Shown here piece by piece: positions 39,457 to 50,133 of a DNA stretch of 64,000 nucleotides. The stretch is from Parachlamydiales bacterium (lineage in GTDB: Bacteria > Chlamydiota > Chlamydiia > Chlamydiales > SM23-39). Positions within the stretch are counted from its first letter, which is position 1. Each line of letters opens with the position of its first letter. The position numbers and the translations under genes are program-made. The notes under the pieces were generated by a model. That model worked only from the letters and a program-made list of their open reading frames with translations. It did no database searches and was not told the origin of the DNA. Location: NCBI GenBank assembly GCA_050302075.1, contig JBNLAH010000003.1:160001-224000 (forward strand), written 5' to 3'.

Positions 39457-40809
39457 TTATAGTCCTGTTTCTTCCGAATATTTTTTTAAACCTTCTTGAA
39501 CAATTTTTACCATTTCGTTTTTGCTAGGACAAACAAAAGTCGGAAGAGCAAAATCTTCAGGAGCTACTTCTAGCAACCCTAGATCTATTGCAGCCTCAAA
39601 GTCTTCGACCATAATTGCTTTAATTAACTGCACCGTAGGAATTCGCATGGGAACTACTTTTTCATAAATACTACTATCTACAAATGCCCTTTGCTCACCA
39701 TGTTGGTTGGTTGTAAAATCAAATTTTTTAGATTTTAAAAATCCTGAAAGGTAGGTTTTTGTTATACTGTATTTATCTTTACCTAATCTGAAGAAATGAA
39801 ATGGCTCTCTTTTTTCATTTTTCTTTATAACACTCACACAGGTATGAAAAAAACCTAAGTGCCCGGAAATATTTGTAGCAGTACCTGTAAGCGGATCTCC
39901 TGAAATAATTTCGCTGTTTTGGGAAACTAATTTATTATCTAATAATGTCTTTAAACCAACTCCCATCCTAGTCTTAAAAAAGCCAGTCTTTTCAGGATTA
40001 CATCCTGATCCAGCTACAGCAACAATTCTATTAACATGATATTTTCCAGCTATGAAAAACATCCCTATTGTTATTACATCATTGATAGAAAGTGTCCAAA
40101 CTACATCGGTCGGATTTACAATCGGGTCTATCATATAAATATGAAGCGATGGGTTTGAAACGGGATGAGGTCCTGAAGCTGGATGAATATTTACATTCCT
40201 TGCACTTTTAAAAAATTCTCCCTGGTTTTCTCGATATATTAGGTGCACTTTTTCAGGTGAAATTTTTGACAAGACATCAAGACCTGTTTGAAATTCTTTC
40301 TCATATCCTTTTAATTGCATTCTTGCATCTGGCATGTAAGGTGCTGACTCAAGTGCTTTGATAAATATACTTTTCGGTATTTTCTCAGGATTTGGAATCC
40401 GACAAAAAGGTCTTGAAACCACATGTGCAAGCAGTCCATTTTTATGAAGAGCTTTCACGATATCATCAGCAGAAGATTTACTGTAATCAATTGGACTTAA
40501 AACAAAGTGATCCTCATTTTCATCTACTTTTATGACAACTGTTTTAATGCTTCTTTTGTCACCTCTGATTATTTCCTTAACAGTTCCTGATGCTGGAGAT
40601 ATAAAAACCCTTTGGTCAACAATTTTATCTTCAACAATTGGCTGACCAATTTTGACTGAATCGTTTTCATTAACTAGAAGTCTTAGTCTCAGATTGCTAA
40701 ACAATGATAAATCCAGACCCACGGTTTCTGGTCTTTCTAAGTTTTGGACTTCACCCTTAGGAGGATTAGAAAGAGGTAGATCCAGTCCTTTTTTTATCTT
40801 CAAATGCAC
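39457..40809 (-). CDS. nqrA: Na+-translocating NADH:quinone reductase subunit A
   Basis: KIKKGLDLP, SPASG, GPHP, ISGDPLTG, EDFALPTFVCPSK. Confidence 0.93.
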   Translation of the reverse strand: MHLKIKKGLDLPLSNPPKGEVQNLERPETVGLDLSLFSNLRLRLLVNENDSVKIGQPIVEDKIVDQRVFISPASGTVKEIIRGDKRSIKTVVIKVDENEDHFVLSPIDYSKSSADDIVKALHKNGLLAHVVSRPFCRIPNPEKIPKSIFIKALESAPYMPDARMQLKGYEKEFQTGLDVLSKISPEKVHLIYRENQGEFFKSARNVNIHPASGPHPVSNPSLHIYMIDPIVNPTDVVWTLSINDVITIGMFFIAGKYHVNRIVAVAGSGCNPEKTGFFKTRMGVGLKTLLDNKLVSQNSEIISGDPLTGTATNISGHLGFFHTCVSVIKKNEKREPFHFFRLGKDKYSITKTYLSGFLKSKKFDFTTNQHGEQRAFVDSSIYEKVVPMRIPTVQLIKAIMVEDFEAAIDLGLLEVAPEDFALPTFVCPSKNEMVKIVQEGLKKYSEETGL

Positions 40810-40992
40810 TTTTTACTCACTAATCTTTTTTACGAAGAGTAGGTGTAAAAATATTTTTTTTGCAAGAGATAAACTTTTAAAACCACATCTAAAAAAATTC
40901 CGAGAAATTAGATCTCAGATACAATCTTCAATTAAGATATTTTATAGCTCAGATTTAATTAAGATAACTGCATAGAATTAATGCTCTGTGCT

Positions 40993-41397
40993 CTATACGT
41001 TGTGCTCTGTTTTATAACTATAGCTATTAAAACCAATTCTCAACAGATCAGAAAAGTCTAGTCTTCCCAATTTAAAATCCTTATACATAGCTTTGTTTTC
41101 AAATTCTTCAGCACAAAATTTAGCTTTGTCAAATAAGTAATTAACTCCCACAAAAAAAGTTAAACCTGAATCAACAAGTGTGTCCTCGATTGAACAAAAT
41201 CTCTCGAATCCTACTATGTTTTTAATAGTTCTATTATTCATTAATCGATGTGAAATAAAGTAAAAAACTGTAGACAAGCCTCTTAATACTAGAGCTGCAA
41301 CTAAAGCAACCCTTTTAACATTATTTGTTACAAAACTAAATACCTTATGCGAAGGCTCTATCAAAGCAGAAGGTCTTTCTATTGTTTGAACTGACAT
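40993..41397 (-). CDS. hypothetical protein with a hydrophobic segment
   Basis: 134-aa ORF; RVALVAALVLRGLSTVFYFI is a possible TM segment. Confidence 0.55.
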   Translation of the reverse strand: MSVQTIERPSALIEPSHKVFSFVTNNVKRVALVAALVLRGLSTVFYFISHRLMNNRTIKNIVGFERFCSIEDTLVDSGLTFFVGVNYLFDKAKFCAEEFENKAMYKDFKLGRLDFSDLLRIGFNSYSYKTEHNV

Positions 41398-41853
41398 AAT
41401 TATTCTTTTATTAATTTTTTAAAAAAATATTATATATTTTAAATATATATCAATTTTAATTTAGAAAATTAAATAAAAAATATAATCAATAACAATTTAG
41501 TTGTAGATAGCTAACTTTAAACAATTTAAGGCAGAAGCTGCAAAAATTTCCACCCCACACGTAAACAATTTATTTGAATAATTGTTTAGTTTAAATTTCT
41601 ACAAAAGCATGGGAATTTTGAGAATTTAGCCTATACGCAGCAGCCTAATGCTTCAAACTCTTGAGATATAAAGAAAGGAGAAAGACAGATTTACATCTAA
41701 GCCTAAAGAACTGAAAGCTTATGTTTTAGACAGCAGAAAATTCAAAGAGATGAAACTAAAAAAAGAAAAAGAGTTTTATTTATATATATATTTGAACATT
41801 ATATCATTCGATTCTATACTGCTAAGCATAAAAGTAATAAAAACTAAAGAGCC

Positions 41854-44025
41854 ATGACATATTTAAAAGATTTCAAAGAAAGAATTAACAGAAGTGACTA
41901 TCCAGGGTTTTTGAAGCTTTGGGAAGAGTATTGTTACATCGATGTACCAAATGATGAAGAATTTTTAAAAATTCTAAAGCTTGCTAAAGATTCAGAAATA
42001 GCTAATGCGTTTGGGCAACATGTAGAAAAAGGACTGACTGTTTGGAAACTAGTTCAGGACGTTGATCTTTCTCATGAAATTTTAAAACTTATTTTCGACA
42101 TACAAAAAACCGACTCCGAAACACTTTCCGATATTGCACTAAAATATTTAGAACAAAAATATCCAAATGATCCTCTATTTAGTGAAAAATTGCGTTTAAT
42201 TGGATTAAGACCCGAACAAACTTTTCAAAAAGCCATTGCCAACTATGAACTATTAACTCACATGGCAAAAGGCAAATTTGTTTTCCATAAAGCCGGTTGG
42301 GGAACATGTGAAATTACCGATGTATCGTTGGTAAGGGAAGAGGTTGAACTTGAATGTGATCTTGTAGTAGGACAAAAAATACTTTCTTTTGCAAATGCGT
42401 TTAATACATTAGTCCCGCTAGCTGACGATAATTTCTTATCCAGAAGATTTGGAAATCCCGATCTTTTAGAAAAGCAGGCAAAACAAAATCCAACTGAAAT
42501 TATACATGTACTTCTTAGAGATCTAGGGCCCAAAACAGCATATGAAATAAAAGAAGAACTTTTAGACCTTGTCATTCCTGAAAAAGACTGGAATCGCTGG
42601 TGGCAATCTGCTAGGTCAAAATTAAAAAAAGAGACTAAAATACAAACGCCTAAAAGTACAAAAGATCCATTTGTTTTAAGAAAAAGTGCTATTTCATTTG
42701 AGAAAACATTCCAAGAAGCCTTGGATAAAAAGCCTGAAGTTAATGAAACAATCCAAATGGTCTACAGCTTTTTAAGAGATTTTCCTGAGACACTAAAAAA
42801 TGCAGAATTCAAGCAATCTTTAGTTACAAAGTTGAAAGATGTGTTAACAACTGAGAACTTATCTGAAAGTCAGAAGATCCAGCTATGTTTTTTCCTAGTT
42901 GATCTTCAATCTGGTGGTAGTGAACCTATAAAGGAAATCGTCCAAAATATAAATGACTTTCAAAGCTTTTTGAAACAAATTGAAATCATTGCATTCAAAA
43001 AAAGAATCCTGGCAGAAGTAAAAAAATTCAAAGAAGACTGGGAAGATGTCTTTTTAGATATTATATTCACATTAGAGATGAACATTTTACGAGACTATGT
43101 GTTAGGTGAGCTTAAAAAATCAGGAAACTTAGAAAAACTAAATAATAAATTAAATCATTTGATCAGCCACCCAATAGCATACCCAGAATCGCTAATTTGG
43201 TATTTCAATAAAGTTGTTGGAAAACAAGAAGACCTTCCTTTTTCCAATAGAGATGGTCAAGCGAAAATATTTGAAAACTTTCTAATTCTACTTTCTAAAA
43301 TCAATGAGAGGCCTGCTTTAAAAGATCTTGGGAAAAAAATGATCAATATCCTTTTAAACAACAGGTATAAAATAGTCCGAGATATTCTTGAAAAATCCAC
43401 AATTGATGAGGCAAAAGAATATATTCTTCTTTCAACAAAGTGTAACTTGCTATCAGATCATGATATAAAAATATTTCAATCATTGGCAGAAGTTGTGCAC
43501 CCGTCACTGTCATCGCTTAGAAAAACTCCTGAGACAGAGAAAGAAGAAGATGTTATTTGGTCCACAGAAGAAGGTTATCAAAAAATCAAGCAAAAAATTT
43601 CCCATATTGCAACTGTTGAAACAGTTCAAAATGCAAAAGAGATTGAAGACGCAAGAGCCCTTGGTGACTTAAGAGAAAATGCTGAATTTAAAGCTGCACT
43701 AGAAAGAAGGGACCGGTTACAGTCAGAATTAAAACTGTTATCAGATCAAATAAACAAAGCTAAAATTATAGTATCAGATGAAGTTAATACCGATGAAGTA
43801 TCTGTAGGCTGCATGATAACATGCGAAAATTCAAAAGGAGAGATTTCTGTTTTTTCCATATTAGGCCCTTGGGATGCAAAACCAGAAGAAAACATCTTAT
43901 CGTTCCAGTCAAAAATTGCTCAAGAAATGATTGGCAAAAAAGTTGGGGATGAATTTTATTTTCAAAATGAAAAATATTTCATAAAAAAAATATTGAATTA
44001 TTTTAATGAAAAGGAAAATAAATAG
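41854..44025 (+). CDS. greA: transcription elongation factor GreA, chlamydial long form
   Basis: C-terminal IEDARALGDLRENAEF, ILGPWD; long N-terminal extension. Confidence 0.92.
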   Translation: MTYLKDFKERINRSDYPGFLKLWEEYCYIDVPNDEEFLKILKLAKDSEIANAFGQHVEKGLTVWKLVQDVDLSHEILKLIFDIQKTDSETLSDIALKYLEQKYPNDPLFSEKLRLIGLRPEQTFQKAIANYELLTHMAKGKFVFHKAGWGTCEITDVSLVREEVELECDLVVGQKILSFANAFNTLVPLADDNFLSRRFGNPDLLEKQAKQNPTEIIHVLLRDLGPKTAYEIKEELLDLVIPEKDWNRWWQSARSKLKKETKIQTPKSTKDPFVLRKSAISFEKTFQEALDKKPEVNETIQMVYSFLRDFPETLKNAEFKQSLVTKLKDVLTTENLSESQKIQLCFFLVDLQSGGSEPIKEIVQNINDFQSFLKQIEIIAFKKRILAEVKKFKEDWEDVFLDIIFTLEMNILRDYVLGELKKSGNLEKLNNKLNHLISHPIAYPESLIWYFNKVVGKQEDLPFSNRDGQAKIFENFLILLSKINERPALKDLGKKMINILLNNRYKIVRDILEKSTIDEAKEYILLSTKCNLLSDHDIKIFQSLAEVVHPSLSSLRKTPETEKEEDVIWSTEEGYQKIKQKISHIATVETVQNAKEIEDARALGDLRENAEFKAALERRDRLQSELKLLSDQINKAKIIVSDEVNTDEVSVGCMITCENSKGEISVFSILGPWDAKPEENILSFQSKIAQEMIGKKVGDEFYFQNEKYFIKKILNYFNEKENK

Positions 44026-44050
44026 TATCGATGTTTAAAAAAAGAGCCAT

Positions 44051-44674
44051 ATGTATAAACTTAATTCTTTAAAAACCCTTACGATAATTATAGCAAGTAA
44101 AAATGTACATAAAATACGGGAAGTAAGATCTATTTTAAGCCACTTAACTCATATTGATTTTTTAAGCTTACATGATTTTCCTAATTATATTCCTCCAGAA
44201 GAAAATGGAAAAACTTTTGAAGAAAATGCCATATTAAAAGCAACTCATGCAGCTAAAACTTTAAATCATTGGACAATCGCAGATGATTCCGGCTTAGTCG
44301 TTCCCGCCTTAAATTCAGAGCCTGGAGTACACTCAGCAAGATACGCAGGTCCAAGTGCAACTGATAAAGACAATCGAAAGAAACTGTTAAATGATATGCA
44401 GCATCTTCTAGATGACGACCGGTATGCATATTTTGAATGCTTTGTTGCCTTAGCCTCTCCAGAAGGTCTTAAGAAGACAGCTAGAGGAGTTTGTGAGGGA
44501 ACAATTTTGACACACGAAAAGGGTGGGGGCGGATTCGGATATGACCCACTTTTTGTAAAACATGAATATAGAAAAACATTTGCTGAATTAGAAGAGTCAG
44601 TAAAAAACAGAATATCCCACAGAAGAAAAGCGTTAGATAAACTTACACTGTCACTTGAAACTTTAAGTGAATAA
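44051..44674 (+). CDS. rdgB: non-canonical purine NTP pyrophosphatase
   Basis: ASKNVHK, FEENA, ADDSGL, PGVHSARY, GFGYDP, SHRRKA. Confidence 0.95.
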   Translation: MYKLNSLKTLTIIIASKNVHKIREVRSILSHLTHIDFLSLHDFPNYIPPEENGKTFEENAILKATHAAKTLNHWTIADDSGLVVPALNSEPGVHSARYAGPSATDKDNRKKLLNDMQHLLDDDRYAYFECFVALASPEGLKKTARGVCEGTILTHEKGGGGFGYDPLFVKHEYRKTFAELEESVKNRISHRRKALDKLTLSLETLSE

Positions 44675-45144
44675 TGCGCTATATAATTGATGGGTATAAC
44701 CTTATTTTCAATATACCTAACAAATCATTTGGACTAGAAAACAATAGAAAGGAAATCTTAAGCTCCCTTAAAGTTGCCTTTTCAGGAAATGAGAATGATT
44801 TAACTATCGTATTTGACGGAAAAGGCCTTGATGTGAGTTTTGAAAGTTTTCATCTTATTCAAGTAATTTTCACCCCATCAAAAATGTCTGCTGATGATTA
44901 TATATTGGAGATTGTATCAGCATCTTTGCACCCATCTAGAGTTACTGTAGTATCATCTGACAAGAACTTAAGCCAGCAATGTAAGTATTTTGGTACAAAT
45001 ACAATGACTATTAAAGAGTTTTTAAAGTGGGTAAATAAGAAGCCTTCAAAAAAAGAAGAAGAACCATATTTTGATTTTCAAGACTCAAAACAAAATATTG
45101 AAAGACTTAATAAAATTTTTGAAAAAAGGCTTAAAGAATCTTAA
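44674..45144 (+). CDS. NYN-domain (YacP/Rae1-like) ribonuclease
   Basis: IIDGYNL, VFDG, SADDYI, VVSSD. Confidence 0.8.
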   Translation: MRYIIDGYNLIFNIPNKSFGLENNRKEILSSLKVAFSGNENDLTIVFDGKGLDVSFESFHLIQVIFTPSKMSADDYILEIVSASLHPSRVTVVSSDKNLSQQCKYFGTNTMTIKEFLKWVNKKPSKKEEEPYFDFQDSKQNIERLNKIFEKRLKES

Positions 45145-45400
45145 ACCCAGAAAGCTCTGTTTGTAAATCTCTCAAATTTACTTGGCATTTTTCAACTTGT
45201 GATTTTCCAGGACTATTTTTTATTTCTTTTAAAAAGCTTTCTAAACTTGATTTAAGACCTTGTGCTACAATTTCCACAGAACCATTTGTTAAGTTCTTAG
45301 CATACCCATTTAAGTTGAGATCTTCTGCAATCTCTTTAACAGTTGCTCGAAAAAAAACCCCTTGAACTTTCCCAGATACGATAATATGAATTTCTTTCAT
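45131..45400 (-). CDS. acyP: acylphosphatase
   Basis: VSGKVQGVFFR, GYAKNLTNGSVE. Confidence 0.93.
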   Translation of the reverse strand: MKEIHIIVSGKVQGVFFRATVKEIAEDLNLNGYAKNLTNGSVEIVAQGLKSSLESFLKEIKNSPGKSQVEKCQVNLRDLQTELSGFKIL

Positions 45401-46389
45401 GTTAAGTTTGTTTCACTAAAATCAAAATCTTCAATCAATTGCAACATCTGAAGGGTATTTTCTGCCTTATTGATCATGTTTCTAAGGTTTTTCACCCCGC
45501 AATAGCGCTTTAAATAATAACAACCGACCCTTCTCATATCTAAAACAGCTTTTCGTTCAGGCTTATACTCTAAGATATAATTAAAATGTTTAAGCATTTG
45601 TTCTTTAATAAAACTTTTTTCCCTATCAACGTGACAACCTTCAAAAAAATTAATGATGTCTTCAACGATCCAAGGTGCTCCCATTGATCCTCTAGAGATC
45701 AAAATTGCATCACATCCTGTGTGATCAAACATATGTTTGGCGCTTTCAGGGTCAAATATATCTCCATTACCAACGACTATGATACCATTGGATGCTTGCT
45801 TACACTCTTTAATTACATCTCTATTAGCAAAGCCCTTATAAGCCTGCTGTCTGGTCCTTCCATGAATCGTTATAGCTTTAGCTCCGGCCTTCTCAGCTAT
45901 TTTAGTAATTTCAATTGCATTAATACTGTCGTCATCCCATCCTGCACGAATTTTTACTGTTACAGGGATGCTGACAGCAGCGCACATCTCTGATAGAATT
46001 TCACCAATTATTTCAGGATGCTTCAAAAGTCCAGACCCACTACCATCTTTGGTAACTTTGTCAACTGGACAACCGCAGTTTAAATCAATCGTGTCAAAAC
46101 CAAGGTCTTCAATGATCCTTGCAGCATCTTTTGTAATGCTTACTTTTGACCCACATATTTGAGCACCAATAGGGTGCATAGTTTTTTCATAATCCAAAAG
46201 ACGAAATGTTGTAGGATCGTGCCTAATTAAAGCATCCATTTTCACCATCTCGCAATAAATAAGGCCTGGTTCATAAAGCGCTGACATCTTCCTGAATGGA
46301 AGATCAGAGCAACCAGCTAATGGAGCATAGAAAATGTTATTTTTTAATTTTAATTTTCCTAAGAAAAACGGAGTTTTTAAAGCATTCAC
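45397..46389 (-). CDS. dusB: tRNA-dihydrouridine synthase B
   Basis: APLAG, DLNCGCP, VTVKIRAGW, IHGRT, NGDI. Start set at GTG 46389, overlapping the yggT stop. Confidence 0.9.
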   Translation of the reverse strand: MNALKTPFFLGKLKLKNNIFYAPLAGCSDLPFRKMSALYEPGLIYCEMVKMDALIRHDPTTFRLLDYEKTMHPIGAQICGSKVSITKDAARIIEDLGFDTIDLNCGCPVDKVTKDGSGSGLLKHPEIIGEILSEMCAAVSIPVTVKIRAGWDDDSINAIEITKIAEKAGAKAITIHGRTRQQAYKGFANRDVIKECKQASNGIIVVGNGDIFDPESAKHMFDHTGCDAILISRGSMGAPWIVEDIINFFEGCHVDREKSFIKEQMLKHFNYILEYKPERKAVLDMRRVGCYYLKRYCGVKNLRNMINKAENTLQMLQLIEDFDFSETNLT

Positions 46390-46643
46390 CTGATAAATCC
46401 CAAAATAATTCTCTCTAATATTCCAAGGCATAAAAACCCTAATATAGGGCTTATATCTAAGACACCTCCTATTGGAGGTATAAATCTTCTAAAAAAACTT
46501 AAGTAAGGTTCAGTGTAATGATAAATAAAACGCATAAATGGATGTTCCATCCAAGCTGGAAACCATGATCCAACTATTCTAATAAAAAGCATTACAGTGT
46601 AGCTTACAAATAATAAATGAATAATGTTTGCTAATATTGCCAT
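46386..46643 (-). CDS. yggT: YggT family membrane protein
   Basis: SWFP, TEPYL..FRRFIPPIGG.LDISP. Confidence 0.9.
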   Translation of the reverse strand: MAILANIIHLLFVSYTVMLFIRIVGSWFPAWMEHPFMRFIYHYTEPYLSFFRRFIPPIGGVLDISPILGFLCLGILERIILGFIR

Positions 46644-46774
46644 TTATTCTCTCTTTGAAAGCCTTATTTTAGAATATAAGCTGAATTAAAACAAATCTCA
46701 TGTCTCAAAAAATTCTTCTCCTATCTGAAAAAAGCAAAAGCAGTTAAAATATTTTTCAAAAAAAAGTTTTTTTT

Positions 46775-48241
46775 ATGAAATACTTCGGCATTCACCAAGT
46801 TGGTAACAATTTTTTAATTGCAATTTTATCAAGCAGACTGAAACCGCTTTTTCTATATCAAGATTCTAGTGATAAAAAATTATCTTTTAGTAAAAAATTT
46901 TTATTTCAAAGAAAAAAAGTAATTTCCGGGCTTAAAACCAATGATGTGATTATAAAAGAATCTTCCTTACAGATCAGGGGAAGCTCTATTGTAAAAAAGG
47001 CACTTACCCTCCAATCAAAAACGCTATTTCCTTTTGACGACAATCCTTCTGTGATAATTCCACTCTTAACTTGTTCAAAAAATGGCCAAAAAGATTACCT
47101 TCTATACGGAACTACTGTAAGTAAAATAAATAAGAAAATAAGCAATCTGGAAGAAAAAAGAGTTTCTCCATATGCACTTAGCTTTGAAGCTATGGCATTA
47201 GGAAGATTTGCCAGTGCGTATTTTTCTTCTTATAAATTAAGTTTTATAATTCATATTGAAGAAAATAAAACGATTTGTGTCTTTTTAAAAAATGAGTATC
47301 CAGTTTTTTCGCATACGATCAGGACTGGAAAAAATGAGCTTTTGCAAGATATTAATCCCGACAATATTCTTGACTTAGAGCTAATTGATGAATCTAAAAA
47401 TGACCAACTAACTAAAAGATGGATACAATTTAAAGTAGAAATTACTAAAATTTTTCTATCTCTAAAATGCGAAGAAAAGATCTTTGTAATGATCGTAGGG
47501 ACAATAGAAAATGCAACTAACTTAGAAAAATTTTTGTTTAGTGACGTTGCAGATAACATCTTATTTTTTAATAGCCCGAAAATCTCAAACACTGACTATA
47601 ACAAATTACGAAAATATGCAATCCCTATTGGGTATTGCATTGATGCAATTAAAACCGATAATAAATCTTTACAGTTTATCCAAAAAAATTGTCTTCCAAC
47701 AAAAGTTTTCTCATCAATTTTAAAAAAAGCGTTTTATATTTCTCTTTTATCGCTCTCACTATTTTTTATTTCTTTTCGAATCCAATCAAAAAGAGGAGAT
47801 ATCAAAAGCAAAGCAATTACTGAAAAGTTCAATGCTTTAATGGCAATTGATAAAAAAGTTATGAATCGTGAAATTAATTTAGAAAATTATTCATCGCTTT
47901 CTGAAAAATTAGATGGATTCCAAAAAGCAATCATAAAAGAAAAAAAAATCATCCCTTATTTTTTTAAAAAAGAATACCCTCGACATCTAATAGCTGAAAT
48001 TCTTGAACTGCAAAAAAGCACCACTATTAAGTCTTTCCATTACTCAGTAAAATCACATCCTACTGTCAAAAAACCTTATGATAAAACTGTAGTAAAAGTA
48101 ACACTTAAAGTAAGTGGAAGCGACGATGATATTAACTCCTTTAAAACAAACCTTTTTGAGAAACCTTTTGTGAATCAAAAATTAAAGACAAATCACTCTT
48201 ATGAAAATAATCTGCATAAAATATCTTTTTATTTGAAATGA
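46775..48241 (+). CDS. hypothetical protein, PilM/GspL-like cytoplasmic domain + TM + periplasmic domain
   Basis: Segments LFPF, EAMALGRF, IIHIEENKTICV, YAIPIG; single TM near aa 320; C-terminal beta-rich domain. Confidence 0.45.
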   Translation: MKYFGIHQVGNNFLIAILSSRLKPLFLYQDSSDKKLSFSKKFLFQRKKVISGLKTNDVIIKESSLQIRGSSIVKKALTLQSKTLFPFDDNPSVIIPLLTCSKNGQKDYLLYGTTVSKINKKISNLEEKRVSPYALSFEAMALGRFASAYFSSYKLSFIIHIEENKTICVFLKNEYPVFSHTIRTGKNELLQDINPDNILDLELIDESKNDQLTKRWIQFKVEITKIFLSLKCEEKIFVMIVGTIENATNLEKFLFSDVADNILFFNSPKISNTDYNKLRKYAIPIGYCIDAIKTDNKSLQFIQKNCLPTKVFSSILKKAFYISLLSLSLFFISFRIQSKRGDIKSKAITEKFNALMAIDKKVMNREINLENYSSLSEKLDGFQKAIIKEKKIIPYFFKKEYPRHLIAEILELQKSTTIKSFHYSVKSHPTVKKPYDKTVVKVTLKVSGSDDDINSFKTNLFEKPFVNQKLKTNHSYENNLHKISFYLK

Positions 48242-48250
48242 AGGTTGTAA

Positions 48251-48841
48251 ATGTTTAGATCGATTACCAATAAATATATAAAGCCATCGTCACTTGTTTT
48301 AGTTGTGTTTTTAAACTTTATTTTATTTTTTATTTCTACATACGGGTTATATCGTCACTTTGCTAACTATAGAGAATTAGAAGAAAAATATAAGACTGTT
48401 GAAGCCCTAACTCTACAATCTTTGAATGAAAGAAAAGAAAAAACTAACTTTTCACTAGAACATAAAAATGCTGACGCAAACTTCATTACAGATTTTTTTG
48501 AAAACAAAAAAAACCTGATAGATGAGCAAAGTAGTTTAAAGTATTTAAGCAAGCTACCTTTTTTTTATAAGAATGCTGAGCTTGCTAGCAAACTTGCTGA
48601 AATTGCTGAGAATAATTTCAAATTCCAAATAGGTGAGCTCTTTCAAGCAAAGAAAGTAAAAGAAAAAAAAATAATTCTAAAAAACCCAGTTAGATGTAGC
48701 TATGAAGATCTAAACGATGTTCTCTCAAGAATAGAACCTTCGCAAGGAAAGCCTCAAATCATCCCAAGCGATATCCATGTAGAGTTTGGTGAGTTTGATT
48801 GTGTTTTTGACTGTAAACTTTTACAAAGAGAATTTGATTAA
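48251..48841 (+). CDS. hypothetical bitopic membrane protein (PilO/GspM-like architecture)
   Basis: N-terminal TM, coiled segment, small C-terminal alpha/beta domain. Confidence 0.4.
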   Translation: MFRSITNKYIKPSSLVLVVFLNFILFFISTYGLYRHFANYRELEEKYKTVEALTLQSLNERKEKTNFSLEHKNADANFITDFFENKKNLIDEQSSLKYLSKLPFFYKNAELASKLAEIAENNFKFQIGELFQAKKVKEKKIILKNPVRCSYEDLNDVLSRIEPSQGKPQIIPSDIHVEFGEFDCVFDCKLLQREFD

Positions 48842-50133
48842 TGAAATACTTTAACTATTTATTAATATGTCTTTTTACATTGCTCTTAACAGGATGTAAC
48901 GAGAACAAAATAAAAAATGAACCAGAACTTGTTCAAGTCCAAATCGTTGACCAAAACAATCAAACCCAAACAGTAAGTTCTGAAGATCTACTTAAAAGAT
49001 ATAAAACAACTGATTTTTTAAATCCCCAGCCTTATAAAAAAGTTATTAGATTCTTCTCAAGGGATACTGAAGGGCATGTCCCTCAGCAAATCACAAGCTA
49101 TTATCCAAATGGACAAATCAAACAATATTTGGAAGCAATAGATCTAAACGCAAAGGGAACGTATAAAGAGTGGCATGAAAATGGCAATCTAAAGATAAGC
49201 GCTAATATAATTGGTGGAAAGGCTGATTTTAGTGCTACATCTCAAAGTGAGTGGTTGTTTGATGGTATTTCAACTGTCTATGACAATAAAGAAAATGTCA
49301 TCGCAAAGATTATGTACCAAAAAGGTAAATTAGAAGGTGAGTCGAGATATTATTATCCAGACTCTACTTTAAGATCTTCTATTCCATATGCAAATGACCA
49401 GATCCATGGGCATTTGTTAGAGTACTACCCAGGGGGAATTCTTAAGAAAAAAGCACATTACCAATTCGATGAGCTGGATGGGGTTCAATTAATCTATTGG
49501 GAAAATGAAACTCCACTAGCTATTGAAAACTACACCGCTTCAAATCTTGAAAACGGGATATATTATAATTTTGACGGAAAAGTTATTTCCGAAATTAATG
49601 ATGGGAACGGAACAAAATTTATTCCGATCGGGAACAAAGAATTTATGCTGTCAAAATATGTAAATAAAAAACAGGAAGGACCTGTTCATATATGCAACAA
49701 CGATGGAAGCTTGAAAGGTGTTTTTCATATTAAAAATAACAAAAAACATGGTCGCGAAATAGCATATTTTCAAGACAAAAATGTCTTAGGGAATAATTCA
49801 GGACCAGTAATGAAATACTGCATTGATTGGGTTGAAGACAAAATTCATGGCAATATTAAGACTTGGTATTCAAATGGAGTAATGGAAAGTCAAAAGCAAT
49901 TTGCAAACAACAAGAAAAATGGACCTAGCATTTACTGGTATAAAGATGGATCGATTATGTCTGTTGAAGAATACGAGAATGATAAACTAATCAATGGAAA
50001 ATATTTTAAAAAAAATAACAATGACTTCATATCCGAGGTAAAAGATGGGAACGGGACTGCAACAATATATGATGAGGAAGGAGTTTTAATAGAAAAAATC
50101 ACATATCAAAATAGTAATCCAATAGTTTCATGA
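48841..50133 (+). CDS. MORN-variant repeat lipoprotein
   Basis: Lipobox LLTGC; repeated G....YYPNG / WY.NG / Y..GK.EG units. Confidence 0.8.
   Translation: MKYFNYLLICLFTLLLTGCNENKIKNEPELVQVQIVDQNNQTQTVSSEDLLKRYKTTDFLNPQPYKKVIRFFSRDTEGHVPQQITSYYPNGQIKQYLEAIDLNAKGTYKEWHENGNLKISANIIGGKADFSATSQSEWLFDGISTVYDNKENVIAKIMYQKGKLEGESRYYYPDSTLRSSIPYANDQIHGHLLEYYPGGILKKKAHYQFDELDGVQLIYWENETPLAIENYTASNLENGIYYNFDGKVISEINDGNGTKFIPIGNKEFMLSKYVNKKQEGPVHICNNDGSLKGVFHIKNNKKHGREIAYFQDKNVLGNNSGPVMKYCIDWVEDKIHGNIKTWYSNGVMESQKQFANNKKNGPSIYWYKDGSIMSVEEYENDKLINGKYFKKNNNDFISEVKDGNGTATIYDEEGVLIEKITYQNSNPIVS

Noticed and set aside
41400..41850. Possible ncRNA or gene remnant upstream of greA
   Set aside because: Only AT-rich imperfect hairpins and short broken frames; nothing recognisable
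34529..44025. Double-length ThyX, 723-aa GreA and solitary nqrA as novelties
   Set aside because: All are established features of chlamydial genomes
48841..50133. YwqK-type antitoxin call for the MORN-repeat protein
   Set aside because: It is a lipoprotein in a housekeeping-like operon with no adjacent toxin; the repeat alone does not imply immunity
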